From NCBI GenBank assembly GCA_038087875.1, contig CM075977.1:224192001-224256000 (forward strand): a stretch of 64,000 nucleotides of DNA, written 5' to 3'. The translations under genes were made by a program, and so were the position numbers. Source of the DNA: Malacoraja senta. Lineage: Eukaryota. The notes below the pieces were generated by a model. The model was not told the DNA's origin and searched no databases. It saw only the letters and a program-made list of their open reading frames with translations. Positions 38,983 through 52,482 of this stretch are shown here, in pieces. Positions within the stretch are counted from its first letter, which is position 1. Each line of letters starts with the position of its first letter.

Positions 38983-39971
38983 ATGGAAGTGGCGGCGCGG
39001 CACTGGCTGCAGCGGCTCGTCGGCAGTCCCGTTTGTTTGTGTTTTTTGTGTTGTTTATTTTGTTTTGGTTAGTCTAGTTTTGGTTTTTAGTTTGTGTTTT
39101 GGGGGGGGTGGGGGGGTTGTAACGGGGTTTGCAGTCTCTCCCTGCGGGGGAATGCGACTTTTTTGTCGTATTCCCCTTCTCTGCCTCCGTCTGCGTGAGG
39201 CCTAATGGAGCTGATGACCTCGAGGCTCCGGAGGCAGAGCCCGTCAGGACTCGCCCTGAGCTCGCTCCCGTGAGGGTGGTCCGGCTCAGGGCTGGAACAG
39301 TGCTCCCGTGAGAGGTTGTGGCGCTCTCGTGAGGGCGGCCAGCCCAAGGGTGCAATGAGGCTCCGTTGGAGTGGCCGAGCTCGGGGAGGTGCGGCGCTCG
39401 CAGCCCGAGGGAAGTTCGGCGCCCATGTCGGGGCGGCCCGGCCCGAGGGAGAAGCGATGCCCATGTCGGGGCGGCCCGGCCCCGAGGGAGGTTCGGCGCC
39501 CATGTCGGGGCGGCCCGGCCGGGGGGAGAAGCGACACCCATGTCGGGGCGGCCCGGCCCGGGGGGAGAGGCGACGCCCATGTCGGGGCGGCCCAGCCCGA
39601 GGCTGAAGATGGTACTCATGTGAGAGTGGCTGGGACGGTGTTCTGGCGGTGGTGGCCTGAGTCCGGGGATCGGCCGTGGGCCAGCGGCTGCGTTTGCAGG
39701 ACTGGTGGGCGGCAGCTTCGACCACCCCGGGCCGCGGTGTTTGAGCCGCGGGAAACATCGCCCGGGGGGTATCGCCTCAGCGCAGAGGGAGAAGAGGAGG
39801 GAAGAGACTGTAGACCTAAGACTTTGCCTCCATCACAGTGAGGAGATGTTGGGTGGATCACTGTGGGTGGATGTTCATGTGTGTTTATTGTGTGTTTATG
39901 TACTGACTGCTTCAATTTCGTTCAGACTTCGGTCTGAATGACAATAAAAGGCTATTCTATTCTATTCTATT
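38983..39971 (+). mobile_element. Non-autonomous GC-rich retroposon, copy B, with LINE-type 3' tail and internal ~39-bp tandem repeats
   Basis: Starts GGAAGTGGCGGCG. About five GCCCATGTCGGGGCGGCCCGGCCC units at about 39404-39602. Ends ATTTCGTT-hairpin-AATGACAATAAA-(CTATT)n. Confidence 0.8.
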
Positions 39972-40420
39972 CCCCTCTCCCCCTCCCCTCCCCCACTCCT
40001 CCCTCACCGCTCCTTCCCACTCCTATCCCCTACCCTCAGTCACTCCTCTCTCCCATAACCCATCTCCCTCCCTACCCTCCTGTCCCCCACTCTATCTCCC
40101 TGCTCCCCCACTCCTCACCTCTATCCAACTCCCACCTCACCTCCCCACTGCCCTCCTCTTCCTCTACCCCCCCTCCTCCCCCACTCCACCCCATCTCCCC
40201 TTCCTACCCCCTCCTCTCCTTCTATCCTCCTGCTCCCCCACTCCTCACCTTCCCCTATCCCACTCCCCCACACTCCTCCTCACCTCCTCCACTGCTCTCC
40301 TCTCCCACTATCCCCCACTCCCTACCTCCCCCACACCCCCTCCTCTCTTTCTATCCCCCTCCCTCCCCCACTCTCCCTCCTCACCTCCCCCACTCCTCAC
40401 CTCCCTATCCTACCCCACCC
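39972..40420. repeat. C/T-rich low-complexity tract
   Basis: Degenerate CCCCACTCCTC units; purine-poor plus strand. Confidence 0.9.
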
Positions 40421-40423
40421 CAC

Positions 40424-41009
40424 AATAAAAACAGTGATGTTTTTTGTAAATGAAACCTATCCCCTATCACACCCCCTCACGCCCCCTAACAATGAAAACC
40501 GTTTGTTTTTTTGTAAATCAAACCTCCCCCCAAAATTTGATTAAAACAGATTTTTTTTAAAAATAGCAATTTTTTATGTAAATGAGATTCGGGATCCCAT
40601 TGTGATGTCATAAGCTGCTAACGGGCAGTGCAAGTGGAACTGATTTTTGTCAAAGTGGTTTATGTAAAGTTTAAAATGTGAATAACTTGTAAAATATACC
40701 ATAAATCTGAACGAAACTTGCCACAACGCACCACAGGACAATAGTGAGTAAGATGGGCCCAAAACTAGCACTATCGTGTACGTTTTGGCGTAGTATCGGG
40801 ATCACACACATACAAACAAACAAGATGAGAGTTTTAGTAATATACTAGACCAAGTGCAGACCCACTGGGTCTGTTCCTCCCAACGCAGGGTGGGGGGGAG
40901 GGGTGGTTGCTGCGGCTTCACACGCACACTAACCACCCCCCCACACACCAAGGGGGGTTAGGGGGTAGGGGGAGACAGGGTGGGCGAGGGGAGGGATGGG
41001 AGACTGCTG
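40424..41009 (-). mobile_element. Non-autonomous Helitron-like element, head-to-tail junction
   Basis: Minus strand: hairpin CAGACCC-AGT-GGGTCTG (40857-40873), 8 nt, then CTAG (40845-40848), followed directly by a TATATTACTAAAAC 5'-type end. Confidence 0.65.
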
Positions 41010-41209
41010 NNNNNNNNNNNNNNNNNNNNNNNNNNNNNNNNNNNNNNNNNNNNNNNNNNNNNNNNNNNNNNNNNNNNNNNNNNNNNNNNNNNNNNNNNNN
41101 NNNNNNNNNNNNNNNNNNNNNNNNNNNNNNNNNNNNNNNNNNNNNNNNNNNNNNNNNNNNNNNNNNNNNNNNNNNNNNNNNNNNNNNNNNNNNNNNNNNN
41201 NNNNNNNNN
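41010..41209. other. Assembly gap (200 N)
   Basis: Fixed-length N run inside NR3C2 intron 3. Confidence 0.99.
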
Positions 41210-42284
41210 GGCCATTCGGCCCATCAGGTCTACTCCACCATTCAATCATGGCTGGTCTATCTCTCCCTCCTAACCCCATTCTCCTGCCTTCTCCCCATAA
41301 CCCCTGACACCTGTCAGATGAGTTATGGTCACTCATCCCCAAAAGATCATTTACTACACTTCCTATTACACAAAGCCTTATGTACCTTAACTTGTTCTAC
41401 GGTTGTGTTCACAGCCTATTGCACTAGTAAAATGTCTCATTATACAAACTCAATATCATCTTTGCCACTTTAAATTGCTCAATCTATGAGAAAATTAAAG
41501 TCTTTTGTAATTATTGCATTATGTATATTTTAAATTATCTTTATTTTTTAACACTGCTCAACAATATAGTTACTCTTAAAAGACCTATTATCAACCTCTG
41601 CCAATGATTTATTTATTTTCTACTTAACTTTTTCATTTTCCCAAGAAAGGTCACTATTCTGTTATCCTTAAGATAGGTCTACCCTACTTCCCTTTTCATT
41701 CTACTTATTTTTCTAACTGTCATGAATGCAGAATGTGTGGCAGGCTCAAACACAACAGCTTTGGTCTTCCTGAGCTGAATCAGAAGATATTATGAGTCTA
41801 TTTGCCTCTGCCACCCAGGCAGCCTGCATTGCCATCATGGTTATGTGGTTGAGCAAACCGGTGGAGTAACACAGGTGTTGCCAGCTCAAATAACCAGAGA
41901 AGGAAAACACATATTGAGCTTAAAAGCTGAGTATCATGTTGTGAAAGTCAACAACAAAACGAAATATTAAAGCAGCTCCAGTGTCTACCCTAAAATCCCT
42001 CTGAAGGTTCAAATTTGCAGGAATCATTCCCTGAAAATTAATCCCCCTCAGTTGGGGTAAATTCATCATAAAGTAGCATTAATCTGTTGCACTCTATTTT
42101 AAAAAATAATTCAATGGACAATCAAACAAATGAATTGGCTGTGTCCCAACTTCTGTCCACTCAAGTGCATTCATCACCATTCACACGTTGGCCTCAGTGA
42201 CAGGGTACTAATGTCTGATCTGGTCATTGCCACAGTGCTGAAAGTTACATTTTACCCCAGTTTAATGTATATTATGTTGTTAAT

Positions 42285-42378
42285 GTATCTTGTGTTTGCT
42301 TCATGTATCTTGTGTTTGTTTCATGTATCTTGTGTTTGTTTCATGCTTCTTGTGTTTGCTTTATGTATCTTGTGTTTT
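42285..42378. repeat. 20-bp minisatellite, about 5 units
   Basis: TGTATCTTGTGTTTGYTTCA repeated. Confidence 0.85.
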
Positions 42379-42729
42379 ATGACTGTCGGCACATCAATTT
42401 CCCTCCTGGGATAAATAAAATTCTACCATATCGTATTGTATCATAGAGCCCAATGTTGGGTTTGGGTGGTGAGCAGCCCCTTGCTATGGCTGGAATGGTA
42501 GTGGGCCCAGCATCCAGTGGTGTGGGTTGGCAAGAAGAGTGGATGGATGGTAGTACAGCTTCATCCCTCCCCCCCCCCCGTTCATCAGACTTCTGAAAAG
42601 TCCTTCCGGAAGCTACGGTATATTCCCAATTCTCCAACCTACCTATTGCAGACTTTGGACTTTTTCTCTGGAACTGTTACTCTACAAGGCTGATAACTAT
42701 ATTCTGCACTTTGTATCTTTCTCTTACAA

Positions 42730-42969
42730 ACGCCTGTGAAGCCATGTGTCCCAAACATTATGGTACCCTGAAATGGGGGGACTATGTATAAACACAGCTG
42801 TAATTTCTACATGGTGAAACCAAAATGTATAAAAATGGTGTTTACTAAAATCTGACAATGTGCACTTTAACCACATGTGATTATTTTCTATTACAAATCT
42901 CAAATTGTGGAGTACAGAGATAAATAAATAAATGATGGGTCTTTGTCCCAAACATTATGGAGGACACTG
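42730..42969. mobile_element. Solitary right IR/DR end of a Tc1-like transposon
   Basis: Ends CACTG followed by TA. Direct repeat GTCCCAAACATTATGG at 42748-42763 and 42945-42960. Confidence 0.75.
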
Positions 42970-45935
42970 TATATGGAGGCTTCAGAAAGGATGCAGAGGA
43001 GGTTTACGAAAACAATGCCTGTATTAGGGGACATTAGCTACAGCCAGAGGTTGTCAGGCATTGCTTTTTTTCTCTCGAATGCTGGAACGAGGCGAGACCT
43101 AATAGAAATATATACAATTATGCGAGGCATAGAGAAGACAGATAGTCAGAACCTTTGGAAATACCAAATTCTAGAGGGGCAAAGTTTAAAGGAGATATCC
43201 AGGGCATGTTTTTTTGTGAGACCCTGGAACACACTGTCAGGGGTGATGATGGAGGCAGGTATGATAGTGGTATTTAAGAGACTTTTGGATAGGCACATAG
43301 ACATGCAGGGAATGGAGGGATATGGTTTAGGTGTACGCAGAGACGTTGTGGGCCAATGGATCTGTTCCTGTGCTGTACTCTACTCCGTTCTAATTTACTT
43401 ATCTGGAGTACCTGGCATTGTGCTGGTAGAACCTTGTTGTCCTGGGAACACTTGCAGGACAACCAGGTCCAAATACTTGTAGAAACAAGGAACTGCAGAA
43501 GCTGGTTTACAAAACCCCCCCACAAAGAGCTGGATTAACTCATTGAGTCAGGCAGCATCTCTGGAGAACATGGATAGCTGACATTTTCAGTTGGGACCCT
43601 TCTTCAACTTTGTACACTTACATTGCCCCAAAAGGTATGATGCATGGAGAATTTCCTCACCCTGCATGTCTCTGATGTATCATTGTGTCCGGCAAACCTG
43701 GCAGTACACACCACATTCTCACCATATGGAAAACTACCCAGAAATTAGTGCTGCCATATTTAACAGCAGAAAAGCAACCGACCTTCAGTTGCACACCATT
43801 GAAAACAAATAGCATTATGCTATTGAATTTCTTGACAGCTGGTGCTTTGCCCACCGGTGATGAATATATGTGCATATATTCAAATTTAAATTAAGTTTCT
43901 CAGAAGTACAGCAGATGATTTTTAAAAAATCAAAAAACATATTATTTTCCAATTTGTAATGTTAATTAGTACAAACAATCGATTAAGATGCATGGGACTC
44001 ATGGTGATTTTGGTAGTTTACCCTCAGAAGACATAGTTGGGATGGAAGGGTGTTATACTGGCAAGATATAGGTGATCAGTGGTGTTCCTCAGGGATCAGT
44101 GCTCTGACCTCTGTTGATTGTGATATGTATAAACAACTTGGACGGAAATGTAAATGAGTTAGTTTGTAAGTTTGCAAACAACACAAAATTGTTGCAGATA
44201 ATGAAGCAGCCTGCCAAAGGGCACAGCAGGTTATAATCAGTACCAAATATGGGCAGAGAAATAGCAGATGGTCATTGGTGAGACAAGCCGTTGGTGAGAC
44301 CTCAAATGGAGCACTGTGCACAGTTCCGGTTCCCTGCGATAGGAGGAATGTCATTAAGCTTGAAAGGGTGTCGAAAAAGTTCATGAAGTTGTTACTGGGA
44401 CTGGAGTGCTTGAGTTATAAGGAGAGGCTGGATAGCCTGGGACTTTTTTTATCGGGAGCTTTGGAGGCTGAGGAGTGATTTTATAGAAATATATAAAATT
44501 ATGAGGGGTGCAAATAAGCTGGATGATAATAGTTTTTTTTCTCCAGGGTAGGGGAGACTGAAACTAGCGGACATAGATTTAAATTGGAAGGAGAAAGATT
44601 TAAAAGAGACCTAAGGCACAATGTTTTCACATGGAGGGTAGAGGCCATATGGATGAGCTGCCAGAGAAAGCTGTAGAGACTTGCAAAATCAGAATGGTTA
44701 AAAGGCATTTGGATATGACTACAAAAGGTAGAAATTGATGGGCAGACTGTTGAAGAAATTGCTGTACTTCCTATCCACATTCCCATCTATCCCATAAAGT
44801 CAAGCATTATTCCAGGCCCCACAGGATGACAGGTACCTGGGATATTACAATGTTGTATAAAACCATTACTGACTGTGATGCTGTGAATAAAAAATAACAC
44901 CCCCCTTAATTACATTTAGATTTTTAAGTCTGTCTAAGATTCCCAAAGTGAACAAACCAACGTTGTTATTCAGTTAGAATAAACTGCACTGGATGAATTT
45001 TTTTTCCGACGTTTTGATGTCTGGCTTTTGATGTAAATATCAAGGCCACAGAATAATTCTCAGCATTTTTTTGTGGTTTAAAATGGGCTTTCATAAGAGC
45101 AAGCAATGACGGTGCAGCCATGTGTTTTGGTGTACATCTGTGCAGCATCACAAGAGATAAAGCAAAGGGAAATTTTACATCCGTCCATGCCCTACCAGTG
45201 ATGAGTTAAGCAATCCTTTAGAATTATCAGTACCACTGGAATCAGATGCACAAGTCACATAAACACTTGCCGATATAATTCTCATCTAGGGCCACCTAGA
45301 CATTGGCCAAGAAAACATCACAGGCAAAAAAAATAATTCTACAACTGGAGAACATGCAGTATATGCATAAATCACACGGAGTCTGCGTACCAGTTTCTTT
45401 TTGTGAAATAGACTATACACGGATGACTATCAGGAATGAGATTACCACAAAATCAGCAAGGAAATATTCTCAATTGGATAACTTAGTACAGGCAGGATCA
45501 TACTTCACCATGAATAACTAAAGAAACAAACACTTGCTTTGATAAAGCTTAATAACAACTAAGAAGGAAACATTAGGCTCATATGTAGTTGGCAGTTTTC
45601 TTTATTTTATGTTTTATGGTACCATATGGAAACAGATGGTGGACGGTCAGTTTCCTTAGCTCCACCACCAAGTCCCCTACTCCTCCTTCCCCTCCGACAA
45701 CCCTTCAGAAAGCCCTCCACCAATGATGCTGGCCAAGAAAAGGAATTGAAATGCAGTTTAAAATTTGGCAGTCCTTGAGCTCACGTGCTGGTTTCTCTGA
45801 GAGCAACAATGTAACTGGTGCAAAGTCAAGCTCAGAAATGAAAAGGTTTATTGAACTGCTTTTAGCATTGAAGTGAACATCTGAAAGAGTGGTGAATGCC
45901 AGTAGGGAAAGGCCTACACATGGTTTAAACATTGG

Positions 45936-46246
45936 GTGGCACTTTGGCGCAACGGCAGAGCTACTGCCTTACAACGCTGGAGACCTGGGTTCGATCCTGA
46001 CTACAGGTGCTGTCTGTACGGAGTTTGTACGTTGTCCCCGTGACGTGCGTGGGTTTCCTCCGAGATCTTCGGTTTCCTCCCACACTCCAAAGATGTACAG
46101 GTTTGTAGGTTAATTGGCTTGATATAATTGTAAATTGTCCCGAGTGTGTGTAAGATAGTGTTAATATGCGGGCATCGCTGGCTGGTGCAGACTCGGTGGG
46201 CCGAAAAAACGTGCTGTATCTCTAAACTAAACTAAACTAAACTAAA
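45936..46246 (+). mobile_element. tRNA-derived SINE, same family
   Basis: GGTTCGATCC B box, conserved body and (AAACT)n tail. Confidence 0.88.
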
Positions 46247-46906
46247 CACAGCTTTCACATAATTTATTTTCTTTCATTTGCTATTTGGGTAAATGAGCAA
46301 GTGACCATCTGTACAATCTGTTCACATGATGCCAAAATAAATCATTACAAACACTGGACAAGCGAAGATTTTCCATCTTGTTACCAAATACATTAACACA
46401 TTGACTGGCTAAAAACATCGGTTGAAGGGTAAGATAATCAATTAAGTGAAATTGATGAAGGCTTCCAAAGAAATGTACAACATCATACTGGGAACTGACC
46501 ACCTTGGGCCACACTTTGAAGGAACAAAAAAAATCAGCAGCGATGAAGTATAAACAAGGTTAACACCAAATTGCTTTTTTGTTGTAAAATTAATCCTTAA
46601 TTCCCCCACAGCAGAGAGCATCCAGACAACTCTACAGGAAAGCACAGCTGCTTATCCTGATTGTGTATTAATTGCAGTATTGTACTATTCACCAAGTACC
46701 GATAAATTATATCGATACAATAATGTCTGAAGAAGAATCTCGACCACGTCACCTGGAATACCTGCTGTTACTCCAGGACTTTGTGTCCCTTTGCTGATCA
46801 ATAATTAGATATGCAGGTCAGACAGAAGCAGCAGCTGATGAGGTTAAATGAAAAACAATCAGACTATAAAAGAGATGATCCCAGAGGGAGTAAAAGAGAT
46901 GATTAC

Positions 46907-47055
46907 CTTCCACAGCTCTTTTGAAGAAAACTTTGCAACTGCCGCAGGTAAGGACACCGTAATGACATCCTGATGCCTCATCTGCACAAACCAAACACAC
47001 CTTTGAAGGTGTTGTGGTCACTGATGAACAGCTCCGATCCAGTCTCATCGGGGAG
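46907..47055 (-). CDS. NR3C2: Mineralocorticoid receptor, first zinc-finger exon (human exon 3 equivalent)
   Basis: Translates [49 protein letters not shown](G), with the 3-ketosteroid receptor P-box GSCKV. Acceptor tttcag and donor gtaatc are canonical. 149 nt, phase compatible with the human exon. Confidence 0.96.
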
Positions 47056-48469
47056 CTGAAACAGATGACATTTTCCAACTTTAGAAATATGGTATGAATC
47101 TCTTTTTTTAATGGACTTTAACAATCAAGGTGCTCATACATGCTGTTCAAGGTGAATACTGCACAAAATAAAACATGACTATTTCAGATCATAAGAAGAA
47201 TCCATCAATACATTTCATATTGTAATACACTGTAATACACACTTTATATAAAACTTTCACGACAGTTCAGCTTCATGATTCATTAATCTCCTGGTTTACT
47301 TTAGGAGATTTTGTACCCACTACACTACAGTCATTCCATCAAAGTTCACCTTTGCCAATTGGAGTCAAATGGGTTCTATCTTTTAGACTATGTTCAAGTA
47401 GGGGGAATCATACAATAGCAGTTCAGACATTTATACTTCTGAAATCACCTGCATCAAATAACCTTGCAGCAGCGTAGCTTCTCATATATTAGTGCCATTT
47501 AAAAAAATAACCTGTTATTCTTCCATGGCTGTACGTGTTTGTCACAGTACAAGGGACCTTTTAATATTTCTTACATGGGGAATGTTCTCAGATGTCTAAA
47601 TAGTGCAAAATAAAATAGTGTCTTGCAGGCTCAGGAATCTCTGATCAACTCTGAATAAGTGCTAAGATTGCTTTTCTTGTTGGAAATATTATTTATTCAC
47701 CTTGATTTGTTCTTATCTTTTCTACAGTTTACCTTAATGATGCTCAAATTACCTAGTGCACAGGCATCTCAGCTCTATACGGAAACTTTGCTGTCCACTG
47801 GTGAATCCCAGAACACAGAAAGCTGGCCAGAAAGACTAACCCAAAATGAGATTAAATTACCACAGTAACCACTGTTAAAAATGCAGGAGCAAACCTTTGT
47901 TTGAAAGGCTTCCTTTGGAACCACCAGCTAGTTAGTTTAGTTTATTGTCACATGTACTGAGGTACATTGAAAAGCTTTTTTGTTGCATGCTATCCAGTCA
48001 GCGAAAAGACTATACATGATTACAGTCAAGCTGCCCACAGTGTGCGGACACAGGCTAAAGGGTATAACGTTTAATGCAAGATAAAAAGTCAGTATAGTCC
48101 AATTAAAGATAGCTCGAAGGTCCCCAATGTGGTAGATGGGTGGTCAAGGACCGCTCTTTAGTCGGTGGGAGGACTTTTCAGTTGTTTGATAACAGCTGGG
48201 CAGAAACTGACCCTGATTTGTACCAGTGTCATTTCTGAGGTGATATGCAGTGCAGAGAAAGGTTTGAGAATACAATACACTTCCATAATCACATTAGGAC
48301 AAATCTTCCTGGCTGTGACTGGTGGTTCCACAGCAGCCATTTTAACAGCAAGACTAATTTAAGCACTAGTGCATAGTGTTTTGAAGAAGATACAAAACAT
48401 ACATACAACATACAGACATACTTACAAGATGAGACCTTTATAGATATATAGATAGATTGACAAGTACTT

Positions 48470-48785
48470 GAAGTTTTAATTTTAGTTTTAGAGATACAGC
48501 GTAGAAACAGGCTCTTCAGCCCAGAGTCTGTGTCGACTAACATTCACCTGTACACTGGTTCTATCCATACACTGGGTGTAGATTAACCCTTATTATTCAC
48601 AGAATTCAATTAATCTACAAATTTGTATGTCTTTGGAATGTGAGAGGAAACTGGAGCACCCGACGAAAATCCATGCGGTCACAGGGAGAACGTACAAATT
48701 CCTTACAGACAGCACCCGTAGTCATGATCAAACCTGAGTTTCTGGTGCTGTAAGAGCAACTTGATCACTGTGCCACTGTGCCGCC
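48470..48785 (-). mobile_element. tRNA-derived SINE, same family
   Basis: Reverse-complement match to the 36968-37270 copy. Confidence 0.82.
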
Positions 48786-50899
48786 CAGGAATTGGTACAG
48801 ATAAGTACTTAATTATCAGTATGGACATGGTGGGCCAAAGGACCCACCTGTGTGACTCGATAACTCTATGAACCCTACAATTTCCTCAGTCTTCTCAGAC
48901 ATGGCAGAAATAAGTAAACTTAAATAAGTCATTACAGTTAGAATGGATTTTATTTAAGGTTTCATTTGATCAAGATATTTTTACCAACTGTTACCTTAAA
49001 TGAACCTTTGAGGCAATCATAATAAAATTGAAAATGTTTTAACTTGAAATTATTGTGCAACTCTGCCCTGCCCCACATTCTGGCAAAGGTCTGTGGGTGT
49101 ACATTTTTCAAGTTGTTTGAAAATTTCTGCTTAGTTCCATTTTCTCTAAATAAAGAATCAAACAATAGAGCGAGTGAAATCATGAAATCTCAAGTATCAA
49201 GTGATCTCTTTTTTTTAAATCTCTACCTCAATAAGTAAATCTTGCGCTTTCATACATGCATTACATCTCTGGAACCACAGCAAAAGAATCTTGAAACATA
49301 TGTAGAAGACATGAAAACGAATGGAAAAATATCATAGCAAGGAGCAGCTGGAAAATAGGCAGACAAAGACCGGCAGGAATACATCAATACTGAAGCAGCT
49401 TAGGTGGTAGAAATGTGATGTGGGTCTGCTGTAATCACAAAGAACTACTGTGCCCCATTAATTATTCTCAAATGTTATTAACTTAAGAGTCCAGGAGGCA
49501 GCAAACAGATTTCCACTCATTTGTATTGAAGAAAGGGAGGTCATTTTCCACAAACCTCCATAGCAGCATTAAAGTTAAGGTTTGGTCTCCTGCCTAGTAC
49601 TGGCTTGCTATAATGTTTTATCATTGTCTGCTGGATTCAGCTTAGTCCATTTACAAACACAAAACAAGTGACTAGTATAATCAACTGGTGCCTCTGAAGT
49701 CAAAGATAATCCAGAAATTATTAAAGCAACAAGTTAAGCTATTTTTTCCTAGTGAACAGTAAAAATGTAATGGTTTATTTTACCATTTTCTCAAACTGGC
49801 ATTCTTCCACAGACATGTTGAGCGTTCACCGTTTTTTTACTGAACGAGCTACAACTCACAATGCTTCTATTTTCTGTTGAGAACAGCTGTGCCTTTGCAA
49901 CTACACTGCAAGGCCTGTGAGGAAGAGCTACATATGGCTGGTAAACCTTCACATCTAAGACACAAGGGGTGAAGAATTTAGTAGCTATCTTCTTTAAAGT
50001 CCCACGATGTTTTGGGGAAAAAAAGATATATAAACATAATGGGTTATGAATAACAATATGCATTATCTTGCCACTATACTGTTATAAAGTGGTCAAACAG
50101 AACACCAGTAGCCACTAAAGTGATGGTATTTTATTGTGACACGCACCTGTGCTTTGGAGTTTTATAATAGGTAACCTGGTTGCAGAATCTTTGGATCAAA
50201 GCCGACCAGATGGTTGAGCAGACTCATAAGGTCAGAGAGTTACATGCCTAACATTTAAACAATTTACGAATGGCCAGACTGGGAATTAAAAATCGAAATC
50301 CCAATTTCAAATGCTTCATAAATTCCTTTTCAAGATTAGACAATTTAAAAAAGGGGGAGGGTGGGGAGAGTGAAAATATCTGATGCAATAGCAGCCCTTG
50401 ATAGGCTGCAGATGGCAATTATAGAATTACACCACCCAATTAGTTGGCAAATGTGGGAATCAACATGATTACAGTAAACTCTCTTTATAATAGACTATGG
50501 AGGGGAAATGGTGTCCGTTATTGCCGATTGTCCACAGAAACAGAGTAACTGAGTAATAGAAACAAAGAACTGCAGATTCTGGTTAATACACAAAAGGACA
50601 CAAAGTGCTGGAGTAACTCAGCGGGTCAGGCAGCATCTCTGTAGAGTGTGGATAGGTGACGTTTCAGCTCGAGACCCTTCTTCAGACTCTCAGTCTGAAA
50701 CTGGGCCTGGAATCCAGGTGAGTCGACGGCCCCGGCCTGCTGGTGGCTGGGGGGAGATGTGAGATGTGAGATGTGAGGATCAGCGGAGTCACTGATCGTG
50801 ACCTGGAAGCGGCCGAGGAAGCTGTGTGGACCGGTGCTAGCGGCAGTAGGCAGTAGGGAGGCCTGGAAGCAGCTGTATAGTATGCAGTCACACCATACT

Positions 50900-51800
50900 A
50901 TACATGAATAGAATCAAGCCACACACAAGTAAGTCATGTAGACTTACCAGAGTACAGAATACAGTGTTACAGTATTAGCATTACTGTTACAAAGAAAGCA
51001 CAGATTGTTTTTACATGTGCAAAGGCCACGATGTGGTATGTTGGGTAACCAGGACTACACCTTTAGCTTATGAGAGGTCTGTTCATTGATCTGATGATAG
51101 CGGGGAAGCTGTTCTTGAATCTAGTGGTACGTGCTTTCAAATTTTTGTATCTTTCGTGCAACGGGAGAGGGGTAAATATTGAAGGACGGGTGTTTACATG
51201 GTACTTCATTATAGTAGCTGTTTTCCCGAGGTAGCATGAAATGTTGATGGAGTTGATGGGGATGGGTTGGGTTTGGACTTGTATGTAGGATGGACTGGAC
51301 TACATCTACAAATCTGCAATTTCATTCGGTCTTGGCTGTTGTCAAACCATGGTGTGATGATCCCAATACGGTGTTTCTTACATTGCATCTGTAGTACTTA
51401 ATAAGAGTTATTGGAGGCGTACCAAATTTCCTTAGTCTTCAGAGGAAGTAGAGGCATTGGTGTGCTTTCTTAGCCATGGCTTCAATGTGATTGATCCAAG
51501 ACAAATTGTTGGTGACATTTACGCTGGGAACTTGAAGCTCCCAACCATCTCCACTTTGGCACCATTGATGCTTCCTGTGGTGTGTACTCCACCTTGTTTC
51601 CTGCAGCTGATAACTAGCTCCTCCCTCTTCTTGGCATTGATGGAAAGGTTGTTGTCTTGACACCATGTTACTAAGCTCTTTATCTTCTTTCTGAACTTTA
51701 TTCTGTCATTGATCGAGATCTGGCCCACTAAGGGGGTGTCAATTGCAAACTTGTAAATGGAGTTAGAGCAGAACAGACATGCAGTCATGAGCGTATAGTT
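50900..51800 (-). mobile_element. Rex1/Babar- or L2-like LINE RT 3' fragment
   Basis: SIYKFAIDT...WCQDNNLSINAKK...VEMVGSFKF...NLSW...KKAHQCLYFL. A related 3' tail lies at about 47930-48220 (minus) and a Rex1-like tail at about 42380-42445 (plus). Confidence 0.75.
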
Positions 51801-52364
51801 TCATTTATAATACATCCTATATGTGTTTGAATGTCAGTGAATGCCATTGACAGCTTTGCTAATTGATTCAGCCTGGTAAGATGAGGATCATAAGTATGTG
51901 AATGTAGCGTTTCACTGATCAGATTGGAACAGGCTGGAGGACGTTTGTACGCTGAGACCAGCTCAAGGTAAAAGTGGGTTTATCGGGCAGGTGGCCAGAG
52001 AATGCACAGCTTACAATTCAAAAGAAAATTCAACCTGAACACTTTGACAATTTTGATAGCTAGTAAATCTGAGGTCAAGATTTAGCCGGTTGACAAAGCC
52101 ACTCTGTTGGCAGAGATTGCAGAAAATTTTCAATAGCTTCTGTGCTGGTCAGGTCAAACATGACTTCCAAGAGGAAGTTCACACCTAGGAAGCTGTGCCA
52201 AGTAAAAACTAGATTCAAAGGGTATGTTATCAGTGAGTGCAAACAGAGAGCTAGCCTGAATATGATTTGGAACAATGGATTGAAAATATTCTTAAGAAAA
52301 ATGTAATGTTGATCAGTTGTTTAAAGTCTTTAGACAATAATTTGAATGTAACATTTTGATGGCA

Positions 52365-52450
52365 AACTTAAACCGTGTGAATTTCAGACAGCGCTCCCCT
52401 GCTTTCCCTGGCCCCCGCCTTTGTGGTGTGTGTGTGTGGGGTGCGTGTGC

Positions 52451-52482
<32 letters not shown>

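Noticed and set aside
39120-39200. HDV-like ribozyme at hairpin 1 of the GC-rich retroposon
   Set aside because: The nested P1/P2/P3 pseudoknot and the catalytic J4/2 segment could not be built.
39404-39602. CRISPR-like repeat array
   Set aside because: Vertebrate context, and the intervening segments are short and mutually similar. This is a minisatellite.
39074-40453. Long overlapping ORFs (181, 223, 156 and 171 aa)
   Set aside because: These arise from GC-rich tandem repeats and a C/T low-complexity tract that lack stop codons. No domain is recognisable.
40907-41473. ORFs spanning the N run
   Set aside because: Artefacts of translating through the assembly gap.
46890-46906. Alternative donor adding four residues between the zinc fingers (human KCSW-type variant)
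   Set aside because: The intron begins GTAATCATCTCTTT, with no GT at +13 or +4.
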